This document shows, in pieces, positions 20,548-28,950 of a DNA stretch of 64,000 nucleotides. The stretch is from assembly GCA_047285805.1 (NCBI GenBank), contig JBJBCN010000002.1:864001-928000 (forward strand), read 5' to 3'. Position 1 is the first letter of the stretch. Every line of letters begins with the position of its first letter. This DNA comes from Synechococcus sp. (GTDB lineage Bacteria; Cyanobacteriota; Cyanobacteriia; PCC-6307; Cyanobiaceae). The translations under genes and the position numbers were made by a program. The notes beneath the pieces are model-generated. The model did not search any database. It was not told where the DNA came from and saw only the letters and a list, made by a program, of their open reading frames with translations.

Positions 20548-21354
20548 GTCCGAGTTCATGGGCAAGCCAAGCTCTGATGAAGGCAAGGCCTTGAATGGGC
20601 CCTCGCCTCACCAATTAGGGCTAGACCAAAATCAGACACGGAGAGGCTGTGGAACCACTCACCTATGGCGTCCTAATCGTGCTGTTCCTCTGGGCAGTAG
20701 CGGCGGTCATCCGCCAGAAGACTGCAAAGGAGCCAGACGCTTCCTTCGACGTCTTTTTTAGAGAAGGTGACAAGCACCCCATGAGTGACTGCTGAGCCAC
20801 CAAATAGTGCAGGCGTCTTTCGACCCGCGTATGAAAAGCCTGTCCGGATGTAATAACCAATACTTTCAGGATCTTGAATACGACACAATCAACCGAACCA
20901 AATCTTTAGAGGTCCACATTTGTTATTTTGGAGACATCACTCCACATGTCAGGCTTTATAAAAAGGAGACATCGCCTGACACGCAGAGGAAGGCGGTGGC
21001 GAGTGAACCAACCGATGGACGCAAGGTCGGTTGGAGCTCGTCAGGAAAATAGGTGGTTCGACCCATCCTTGCAATCGCTCCATAACCAAGGTCACATACG
21101 TTCAGGAGTCGACCGTTACATAGGTCATTGTCCGAGACGTGGAAGCGCTCAAGCCCCCCAACTAGACACTCGCCGCTACAGAGCAGTGGTTGGAGAGCTA
21201 TTGCCTGATTTCGCAGGCGTTGCCATTAATCCAATGGACGAGATGCGAACTGTCGCGAACCAAATGGTGTTCAGCCCGCCTTAGCCACCACCACATCCTT
21301 TCGCCGCGGCGCCGATGAAGCCGGGGGAGCTGTAGCGATTAAGCAGCCCTGTAG

Positions 21355-21660
21355 TCACCCAACCTTTATCTGATCCATTGCCCAGCACACCGAGGCACCG
21401 CCTGAAAACAGGCAAACCATGGTCTGATCAGGGTCAATGACTCTATAGGTAGAACCATCCGCGAAATTCTTCAGCCTTGCGTGCAAGTGGGCAAGGTCAT
21501 GGTCGGGATGTTCTTCGGTTTGCCTCCAGCCTGTGCTGGTCAGTCTTTCGATGGAGAACACGTTCGTGCTTGTGGAACGGATGCACAAGGTCGATCGGCG
21601 CTGCCGACTTGGGTAAAAACAACTGAATCTCCTTGGGATCACACCACCGATGGAGACCAA
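21355..21660 (-). CDS. Hypothetical small protein (true start probably internal)
   Basis: ORF with protein-like C-terminal half 'FSIERLTSTGW...DGSTYRVID'. Confidence 0.4.
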   Translation of the reverse strand: MVSIGGVIPRRFSCFYPSRQRRSTLCIRSTSTNVFSIERLTSTGWRQTEEHPDHDLAHLHARLKNFADGSTYRVIDPDQTMVCLFSGGASVCWAMDQIKVG

Positions 21661-21777
21661 AACGGTGTCATTTGCATCAAAGCTCTATCTGTGGTGTGAA
21701 CTTGGTGAGTAGGTCCTGTCATTGGTTGCAGAAATTTATGACGTCATTACCTTGCGGTTCTCGCCAATCACGAGGAG

Positions 21778-21942
21778 ATGGCATTCGATCGAACAGATCC
21801 AACGCTTCGGGTTGTTCAGGCTGCCAAGGAGGCTGCCAGGGCAGTACTCAATGAGCAGTCCCCAAAGCTCACAGTGCTTGAGAAAGCAATGTGGCTAAAG
21901 CTCAAAGAAGAGCAGCAACAGGCAAATGACAAGGCAGCTTGA
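21778..21942 (+). CDS. Hypothetical 54-aa helical protein
   Basis: Own translation: MAFDRTDPTLRVVQAAKEAARAVLNEQSPKLTVLEKAMWLKLKEEQQQANDKAA; GAGGAG immediately 5' of the ATG. Confidence 0.55.
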   Translation: MAFDRTDPTLRVVQAAKEAARAVLNEQSPKLTVLEKAMWLKLKEEQQQANDKAA

Positions 21943-22341
21943 ACTATGAACTGGCTGCTGGTGCTTGTGATGGGGACGATTGCTGTAGGAACAGTTATCG
22001 GAACGACGCTACCGGCCTTATGAGCTGCCTGTCCTTTCGTAGGTCGGAGCCCCAACTAGCCCCAGCGCCAAGTGGTCAAGCACTAAAAACATGTACCTTT
22101 TGAGCCTGGGAAGACGTGCTTCCTATGAAAAACCTTCGCTTTAGACGAAGAGAGGTAATCCCCGGCAGGTAGCTGGGACATCGGATGTGTTCAGCTTGCA
22201 TAAATACGAACATTCCCCCAAATCCAAATGGCCTAATGAGATTGATGCGTTTCTCTCCGTGAAGGCACCGCCTGGCCGGGACACCTATTTTGTACTGAAG
22301 CAAGATTTCCGCAGCCTCTTCTCCGTCTGCTGGGCGTTGCT

Positions 22342-22524
22342 CTAATCCTGTGGAAGTCTGGCTTCTCGCTCTCTCCGGGTCGGTCCGTAGTACTTACGAA
22401 TCGTGAGGGGATGATCGCCAAAGGATCGCTTCGCAAGAACCAAGGCAACCGCCTCGTTGATAGCCACAAAATGAATGCGCTTCTCCCCGCAAGGGGTATG
22501 AGCAGTTATGTCAAACCCGTGCAT
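22342..22524 (-). CDS. Hypothetical 60-aa protein
   Basis: ATG ORF with plausible composition; no motif recognised. Confidence 0.35.
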   Translation of the reverse strand: MHGFDITAHTPCGEKRIHFVAINEAVALVLAKRSFGDHPLTIRKYYGPTRREREARLPQD

Positions 22525-22660
22525 TGCCTCTGGCGAGTTGAATCAATTCTCTTCTTAAGCACTTTCCTGCATCACGACAACAGGTTTACGAAAAAGTTCT
22601 CCTTCAGCTTGAAAGTGGAAGCAGGGCAGCGATCTTGGAGCAATAGCTACCAAAAGAAAT

Positions 22661-22909
22661 GTGATCCCCAGGACATGGGCGGTTTTCACTACTGCTTCTC
22701 CATCTGATCCACGAGAGCGTTTAACCGACCTTCGTCACCTAGATGTGACCAAGTTCCACAGAGACCAAGCCGAGCTGACTGGCTACACGCTGGACCGCTG
22801 GGATCTTCACGGTGTTCCCTGCGCCTGCTGTGAGTGCACTGCTGAGTACGAGACCCTGCGGCTGATGCAGATCGAGAAGAACAAGCAATTTCTGAGGAAA
22901 GAGGACTGA
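22661..22909 (+). CDS. Hypothetical small protein with Cys cluster
   Basis: 'DPRERLTDLRHLD...HGVPCACCECTAEY'. Confidence 0.45.
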   Translation: MIPRTWAVFTTASPSDPRERLTDLRHLDVTKFHRDQAELTGYTLDRWDLHGVPCACCECTAEYETLRLMQIEKNKQFLRKED

Positions 22910-23129
22910 CCATGGACATTGAAGAGGCCGATGAGCGACTTGCTTCTGGGTGGCATGTCGATCCATCGGAGCTAAATCCCCAGGACAGTCCTCAGCGGCG
23001 GCGCTATCTCAAGACAGTCGATGGCTTCAGAAGTCCGAAGGATCTGGACAGCCAGCGTCAATCCAGCTGAAGAGCAGGAAGCAGGACGTCGAACAGCTTA
23101 TTTGTGATTCATCAGACCCATGGATTACG

Positions 23130-23206
23130 TAAAGGTGGTGTGAGTCCAGGCTTACCTAATCGCACATAAGCGCCTCTACCACCCTCCTCGCGACTGAAGA
23201 GTCGGT
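23130..23206 (-). ncRNA. Candidate structured RNA (Cyano-2-like, GCGA-containing loops)
   Basis: Minus strand folds GGUGGU...GCUUAU-(GUGCGAUUAG)-GUAAGC...ACCACC, with an overlapping upstream hairpin also carrying GCGA in its loop. Confidence 0.4.
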
Positions 23207-23383
23207 CATGGTGCTGTTATCGGTCTTGTTCATCGAGGGACTGCTCGAGGAGTGCCCCCGCCTCTTCCAAGGCTTCGGTCCGCCTTGCGATGTCAAGCTC
23301 CCGCTGATGAGCTTCTGAATAGAGCTGCAGCCTTTCCCCGTTCATCATCTCCGTGTAGGCGAGAGCTCTTGGCTTTGGAGTCT

Positions 23384-23626
23384 TCACGGGTCAGTCAGTC
23401 TGCTTCTCCCAGCGGTCACGCCGGATCTTGGTGCAGAGATCACAGCGACAACAAAGTCATCGCCCTTGGCACCAATGCAGTCCTTGAACCCCTCTTGCCC
23501 CCATCGGGTGTGGGCTGTGTTCGGCCACAACATGGCTAGGTCATCGTCGCTTGAAGCGGTATTCAGAATGACTGCCATCTCTGCATCATGCACATAGATC
23601 CGGAAAAGTGGTTGTATGAGACGCAT
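23384..23626 (-). CDS. Hypothetical 80-aa protein
   Basis: ATG ORF; no family recognised. Confidence 0.4.
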   Translation of the reverse strand: MRLIQPLFRIYVHDAEMAVILNTASSDDDLAMLWPNTAHTRWGQEGFKDCIGAKGDDFVVAVISAPRSGVTAGRSRLTDP

Positions 23627-23717
23627 TTTGCTTCCACAAACTTCAAGCCGAAGACCTAAGCGGAGTTAAAGTAGGGATTCGACGCTAGACACCACCTTGA
23701 CTCCGTGGAGCGCGTCA

Positions 23718-23789
23718 ATAAAAAGCCCCTGGTGTTCGACTCCCAGAGGCTCGGGTCTCCCATGACGCCGGCAAACCCACGCCGGTGCT
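23718..23789 (-). ncRNA. Candidate two-hairpin small RNA with intrinsic terminator
   Basis: Minus strand: CCGGC-loop-GCCGG, single-stranded GUCAUGGGAGACCCGA, then GCCUCUGG-loop-CCAGGGGC followed by UUUUU. Confidence 0.45.
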
Positions 23790-23867
23790 AAGCCAATTGA
23801 AGCGATGACAGCAGCTGTTGCAATCAGTATTTCTACGCGTCAAGCGTCTCAACGTGTTGATTCGGTG

Positions 23868-24086
23868 TCAGACAAAGTCTTTGTAAGAAGCTGAGCGGAA
23901 GTTTGTTGAGTAAGGAAACTGGTAACCAACTTCCATAAAGCTCAGAGATTCCTCAGCACGGTACAGACTGTCGACGAAGTGGCAGCTTCTTTCCTGATCA
24001 CATACAAGGAACTTTCCCTCAGCGATTCGGTCTATCGATGCTCCATGCGGAGTGGTGGTAATTCTCGTGCTTTTTGATACAACCAT
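23868..24086 (-). CDS. Hypothetical 72-aa protein
   Basis: 'TTPHGASID...FLVCD...CHFVDSLY.A', a pattern I recall from small picocyanobacterial island proteins. Confidence 0.55.
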   Translation of the reverse strand: MVVSKSTRITTTPHGASIDRIAEGKFLVCDQERSCHFVDSLYRAEESLSFMEVGYQFPYSTNFRSASYKDFV

Positions 24087-24277
24087 TAGAAAGGCGCTAC
24101 AAGGACATAGCTGTCATGGCTTTGATCGGCAAAGGGATGCCGTATCAGTGAACACTTTTTTGAATCTTGATTGGTTTCTCTAGGCAAGAATCCCTAAGAC
24201 ATTGAATCGGTATTAGCAGCTACGCACTTCAATCAGAAAGATGAGTTATCGATGCGGCAACATCACTGATCGATACG

Positions 24278-24361
24278 ATGGAAATCCTTTTCCTGCTGGC
24301 GATAATCACAGCCACTTCGCTGATGGGTCTCAAGATGACGCCAAGAAAGAGGCTCGACTAG
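24278..24361 (+). CDS. Putative 27-aa membrane micro-protein
   Basis: MEILFLLAIITATSLMGLKMTPRKRLD: one TM helix plus basic tail. Confidence 0.4.
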   Translation: MEILFLLAIITATSLMGLKMTPRKRLD

Positions 24362-25100
24362 ATGTGTGTAAATCTGTAAGTGCTCGCCGAATGCAGACAC
24401 GACTCAAATAAAAGAGTGCCGTTCGCCTTTATGTGTAAGCAGAGCCACTCCCCTAGGGATAGCCAATCGGGAAATCCCCCCAGTAGAAGGTCCTCTCCTG
24501 CCAGGTTAAGTGCCATGGAGGGCCCCTCTTACATCGATCTTTCTTGCTTCTCAGCGGCAAAGTCGCTGGTGAACCATACGACCAATTACGGCCGCCTGAT
24601 AGACCTCAAGGCAATAAATAGAAAGCCAGTCAAAAGAGCCCGTAGTGATAACTATACAGACGGGGACTGGCGCACGTACAAATAAAGCCGCGCAATCAAG
24701 TTCTAACCGTGGTTAAGCCCGGTTAATAGTCGCGCCCGCCCATACACCGATTAATCCTGTTCACTGAGAGAGCTAGATCGAGCATTGACCTGCTCTTCAC
24801 GAAGCGCGTTGGTCGAACCACGCAACTGAGCTATACAGCCGCCAGGAGTCCGACAGGCAAAAGCGAGAGGCCTACAAGGACCAGAGCCACCCCAGTGCCA
24901 GGTGAGTGGATGTTGGCAGTGAACCAGGACCTCTGGGCCATTGCTGTCGTCACTTCCACCACTTTGATAGCAATTGCGGCTGATAGTCGAATTTTTCTGT
25001 CTGCGGCGCCGTGACTTAGGCGACTGACGCAGTAATTAGGCCACTTCTAGGCCACCTTGACTCTCTAAGGCTTCACGAATCCAGTACACAAAGGGCAATT

Positions 25101-25194
25101 CGGAACTCACCTGCCATTTCTGTAACGAGAGGTCTATGACGTCTAGGCCGCAGAGCTGCAGGAGCTCGTCGACGAGCTGTCCCCAGCCACCTAA
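25101..25194 (+). repeat. Direct repeat copy 2 (attR-like; displaced, degenerate hslO 3' end)
   Basis: CGGAACTCACCTGCCATTTCTG...GAGCTGTCCCCAGCCACCTAA; encodes ELTCHFCNE, then a 2-bp insertion. Confidence 0.9.
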
Positions 25195-25273
25195 CGGCTG
25201 AAGAAGTGTCCTCAGGCCATCACTAGACACGCTCGCCCGGAGCTGTAACAAGGTTGTTCTGCAGGTGCTGGCG

Positions 25274-25432
25274 ATGACCTGGTTTCCCCACTGCCTGAAC
25301 TGCAGTCACTTCTGGCTCAGCAGCTCAAACCAAAGCGGCGGCTGCCACCTCTGGGCGATCACGATTCCGGCTGGATCCGCACGGACCCTGCGCTGCCACA
25401 GCTGGATTCGCCTGGGGAAGAAGGCGAATTAA
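25274..25432 (+). CDS. Small Cys/His-rich putative metal-binding protein (52 aa)
   Basis: Own translation: MTWFPHCLNCSHFW...GGCHLW...LRCHSW; CxxCxH/C/CH spacing. Confidence 0.5.
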   Translation: MTWFPHCLNCSHFWLSSSNQSGGCHLWAITIPAGSARTLRCHSWIRLGKKAN

Positions 25433-26115
25433 GCGATCAGCAGGGCACCCAGGAGCAAGAGCAGCAACGCAGGCAGGCTCTGCACCTGATGGGCATCTAG
25501 GGGAAGTCCCAGGGGCAGACTCGGATCCAAAACCTGCAGCAGCAGAGCACCGAGCCCCAGCCCCAAGCTGAGCAGCAGCACGCTGAAGCCCACGGCCTGA
25601 GGGAAACGTCGGTTACGCCGCTGCAGCAGCACCACGCTGAACAGGGTGGAGAGGGCGAGGACCAGTTCAGCCGATGAGGGCGGGGTGAAGAGAAGCAGCA
25701 GGGTCAAGGTCGCAAAGCCACCAAGCGGCAGCCAGCGCTGCTGCCCTTCCGCCAGCTCCAGACTCGGGAGCGAGCTGGAGGGAAGGGACGCCTTGGGCAG
25801 AGCGGGGAGCTTGGGTAGGGAAGGCAGGGAGGGACGCGCGGAAGCCGCAGGGGCCGGCGCCTTGGCTTCGCGAGCGGACGCATTCATGGCTGCAGTGCTG
25901 ACCTTGCCCTGTTGCCGATCCTTGAGGCGGTCCATCAGGACGGCGTCATAAGCCGCCTCAACCTGAGCCCGAGCCTGGGGATTTTCGCCAACTTCTTCCA
26001 GTCGCGCCTGCTTGGCAGCCTGGACAGCTTCAAAGCTGGCGCCGGTCTCAATGCCCAAGCGCTCGTAGGGACTGGGCTGAGAACCGGTCGAGGAGGAGTC
26101 AGGACCATGGTTCAT
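25429..26115 (-). CDS. CPP1-like (DnaJ-like) membrane protein
   Basis: 'SPYERLGI..GASFEAVQAAK', 'VEAAYDAVLM.RL..RQQGK', C-terminal TM helices. Confidence 0.85.
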   Translation of the reverse strand: MNHGPDSSSTGSQPSPYERLGIETGASFEAVQAAKQARLEEVGENPQARAQVEAAYDAVLMDRLKDRQQGKVSTAAMNASAREAKAPAPAASARPSLPSLPKLPALPKASLPSSSLPSLELAEGQQRWLPLGGFATLTLLLLFTPPSSAELVLALSTLFSVVLLQRRNRRFPQAVGFSVLLLSLGLGLGALLLQVLDPSLPLGLPLDAHQVQSLPALLLLLLGALLIA

Positions 26116-26152
26116 GCCACCGAGCGCCACAGGAAATCACGTCTCAGCGTAG

Positions 26153-26377
26153 TCAGAACAGAGGCTCACTCGACTGGAAACCCAGCTGGCTGAGCAACAC
26201 GGAGCGATGGTATTCAGCCTCATCGAGCTGGAGCCAGCAGCGACGCTTCAGCAGGGGCATCTGCGGCGGCAAATGGCTGCCTTCACGCATCTCGATGCCC
26301 GTGCCACCACGGACAAAATTCACGTAATCATTTCCCCCATCTGTCCTGGGGCGAACGAACCAGAGAGAACCAGGCAT
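26153..26377 (-). CDS. Conserved hypothetical protein (74 aa)
   Basis: 'WFVRPRTDGG.DYV.F', 'EGSHLPPQMPLLKRR'. Confidence 0.6.
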   Translation of the reverse strand: MPGSLWFVRPRTDGGNDYVNFVRGGTGIEMREGSHLPPQMPLLKRRCWLQLDEAEYHRSVLLSQLGFQSSEPLF

Positions 26378-26454
26378 CAGCCAATCAGCCTGTGATATTT
26401 CGTTGCGTATGATTCTGGCGCTCCAAGAGATGCAACCGCGAGCGCTCCCATAGC

Positions 26455-28092
26455 TCAGAGAGCAATGGGCTCAACACCACTCACCACAGGGGCCACGGCG
26501 CTGAGTTCCAAGTCGGGATGGTCCTCCGCCAGCTGGTTCAGATTCCAGTGGTTCTTGAACAGCAGCACCGGGCGATCCCAGGCGTCGCGAACGGTCTTGC
26601 AGTTAAAGATCCGACCAACCTTCTCCAGTTCACTCCAGCCGCCAACGACCCACCGAGCCACCGAGAACCCCAACGGCTCAAGCCGGGTCTGCACGCCGTA
26701 CTCGCTCTCAAGGCGGTACTGAACAACCTCCAGTTGCAATTGGCCAACGGCCGCCAGGACCGGATCGCGCTTGCTCTGGTCGGTGTCGTAAAGGATCTGC
26801 ACCGCCCCCTCTTCGCGTAGCTCGTTGACGCCCTTGCGGAAGCTCTTGAAAGCGGACGGGTTTGGGTTGCGCAGCCAAGCGAAAATCTCCGGACTGAAGC
26901 AGGGGATGCCCTCGTACTCAACCCTGGTCCCTAGATAGAGGGTGTCGCCGATGGAGAACACCCCGGGGTTGTTCAAGCCGATGACATCACCGGGGTAGGC
27001 GTCCTCCACCACAGCCCGGTCCTGACCAAAAAGTTTCTGAGGACGGGACAGACGAATGGTCTTGCCGGTGCGGGCGTGCTGCACCGTCATGTCCTTTTCG
27101 AACTTGCCGCTGCAGACCCTCACAAACGCCACGCGGTCGCGGTGTCGGGGATCCATGTTGGCCTGCAGCTTGAAGACGAAGCCGCTGAATCCCGGGCGCA
27201 CCGGTTCGATCTCCCCGGCGCTGCTGGAGCGGGGGGTGGGTTTTTGGGCCAGCTCCAGAAAGGCATCCAAAAACGGCCGCACCCCGAAGTTGGTCATGGC
27301 CGAACCGAAGAACACCGGGCTGAGCTCCCCGGCGTGGACCAGCTCCAGATCGAGCTCGTTGCCGGCGGCCTCCAGCAGTTCCAGTTCCTCGAGAGCCGCC
27401 TCAAGCAAATCCTCCTCAACCGAACCGCGGGCTTCATCGACGCTCAGCACCTTCTCTTCTGAAGCCCGCCCCCGCTCGGCTCGTTGAAAGAGGATCACCT
27501 CTTTCGTACGGCGATCAATCACACCCCGGAAACGATCCCCGCTGCCGATCGGCCAATTCACCGGCCAGCAGGCCAGACCCAAATCCTGTTCGATCTCATC
27601 GAGTAGCTCTAGGGGTTCGCGCCCCGGCCGATCCATCTTGTTGATGAAGGTGAAGATCGGGATGCGACGCATTCGGCAGACCTCGAACAACTTGCGGGTC
27701 TGCGGCTCAAGGCCCTTCGCGGCGTCCTCGAGCATCACCGCATTGTCCGCAGCCGCCAGGGTCCGATAGGTGTCTTCGGAGAAGTCCTGGTGACCGGGGG
27801 TATCAAGCAGGTTGACCGTGCTGCCGCTGTAATCGAACTGCAGGACCGTTGAGGTGATCGAAATCCCCCGCTGCTTCTCTAGCTCCATCCAGTCGGAAGT
27901 GACCTTGCGCTGCTCGCCCTTGGCCTTCACGGCGCCGGCTTGCTGAATAGCCCCCCCGTAAAGAAGGAGCTTCTCGGTGAGGGTGGTCTTCCCCGCGTCG
28001 GGGTGGGAAATGATCGCGAAGTTGCGGCGGCGGGATACGGCTTCCGCCAAGGCCTCGAGCTCAGGGGTGGTGCTCACGCTGCTGCTGGTCAT
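26455..28092 (-). CDS. prfC: Peptide chain release factor 3
   Basis: '[23 protein letters not shown]', '[16 protein letters not shown]', '[14 protein letters not shown]'. Confidence 0.97.
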   Translation of the reverse strand: MTSSSVSTTPELEALAEAVSRRRNFAIISHPDAGKTTLTEKLLLYGGAIQQAGAVKAKGEQRKVTSDWMELEKQRGISITSTVLQFDYSGSTVNLLDTPGHQDFSEDTYRTLAAADNAVMLEDAAKGLEPQTRKLFEVCRMRRIPIFTFINKMDRPGREPLELLDEIEQDLGLACWPVNWPIGSGDRFRGVIDRRTKEVILFQRAERGRASEEKVLSVDEARGSVEEDLLEAALEELELLEAAGNELDLELVHAGELSPVFFGSAMTNFGVRPFLDAFLELAQKPTPRSSSAGEIEPVRPGFSGFVFKLQANMDPRHRDRVAFVRVCSGKFEKDMTVQHARTGKTIRLSRPQKLFGQDRAVVEDAYPGDVIGLNNPGVFSIGDTLYLGTRVEYEGIPCFSPEIFAWLRNPNPSAFKSFRKGVNELREEGAVQILYDTDQSKRDPVLAAVGQLQLEVVQYRLESEYGVQTRLEPLGFSVARWVVGGWSELEKVGRIFNCKTVRDAWDRPVLLFKNHWNLNQLAEDHPDLELSAVAPVVSGVEPIAL

Positions 28093-28114
28093 GGCGCCAG
28101 CCTGACAGGTGAAC

Positions 28115-28777
28115 TCACGGCAATTCCCCCCAAACCTCTAAGTAACGGTCATCGACCTCGGCGACCTGAAACATCTCCAAGCCAGAGCGCTGCAACTGCT
28201 GCCTCACCTCAGCGGCGGTAAAGGCGGCATGCAGGGAAGCCAGGTAGTCGTGCTGGAGCACCGGCGGTGCCTCTGCCAGGTAGCGCTCCCGCAATGAGTC
28301 CGCGACCTCGGGACTGGGGGGACGGCGCAGGTCCTTGAGGTAGACCCGCGCCCCCGGAGCAGCCGCTTGGGCGATGGCCAGCCAGAGCATCAGCGGATCG
28401 TGGAAATGGTGCAGCGTGCTGTTGCTCAGCACAGCACTGCAGCCCGAAGGCAGATCCGGCGATGGCAGGCAATGCTCGACAAAGGAGAGGCGTCCGCGCA
28501 GATCCGCTTCCTGGCCCAGGCGACGCTGAGCCAACCGGAGCATCGACGCGGCACCATCTAGGCCAATCACCGCAGCGTCTGGATAGGCCCGGGCCAGACG
28601 AAAGCTGATGTTTCCAGGACCGCAGCCCAGATCCAAAATTCGCTCCCCCAACCCCCTTGGGAAGAGCTCCGCGATGCGGGTGACCAGGCTCTGGTCACCC
28701 GCACTGAAATCAGCCGCGGCATAGGCAGAGGCCTGCTCGGGGGCATCCATCAATTCCGGTTCAGGGGTGCGCTGCAT
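28115..28777 (-). CDS. Class I SAM-dependent methyltransferase
   Basis: '[10 protein letters not shown]', 'ILDLGCGPG', 'SNSTLHH', 'DLRRP'. Confidence 0.88.
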   Translation of the reverse strand: MQRTPEPELMDAPEQASAYAAADFSAGDQSLVTRIAELFPRGLGERILDLGCGPGNISFRLARAYPDAAVIGLDGAASMLRLAQRRLGQEADLRGRLSFVEHCLPSPDLPSGCSAVLSNSTLHHFHDPLMLWLAIAQAAAPGARVYLKDLRRPPSPEVADSLRERYLAEAPPVLQHDYLASLHAAFTAAEVRQQLQRSGLEMFQVAEVDDRYLEVWGELP

Positions 28778-28871
28778 CCACAAGCCGAGCAAGTCAGGTT
28801 CAGTCTGACGAAAATTCCAGATTTTCCACATCCCAGTCCCACACAGGCAGCAGAACGGCAGAACCCATCAA

Positions 28872-28919
28872 GCACCGTCGGTAGTGGCAACGGCAACTTG
28901 CAGACCCCATCAGTGGCGT
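28872..28919 (+). promoter_or_regulatory. Possible tandem NrdR boxes upstream of nrdJ
   Basis: Two degenerate 16-mers (28872 gcaccgtcggtagtgg; 28904 accccatcagtggcgt) 32 bp apart, resembling acaCwAtATaTwGtgt. Confidence 0.35.
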
Positions 28920-28950
28920 TAGGGTGCCGGAACGTTGAAGATCGACGCCC

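Larger units (their letters stand above)
15069..25194. mobile_element. Decayed integrative element/genomic island inserted in the 3' end of hslO
   Basis: Flanking direct repeat of the hslO 3' end, adjacent integrase pseudogene, visibly lower GC and many short hypothetical ORFs. Confidence 0.88.

Noticed and set aside
20560..21330. Possible gene remnant in the island middle
   Set aside because: Fragments in several frames gave no recognisable motif, so it is left unannotated.
22076..22524. Tandem duplication suggested by 'GEKRI' in two adjacent ORFs
   Set aside because: The similarity does not extend beyond about 5-6 codons and is probably chance.
26455..28092. prfC as the island integration site (as in SXT/R391 elements)
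   Set aside because: No duplicated prfC segment was seen; the direct repeat maps to hslO.
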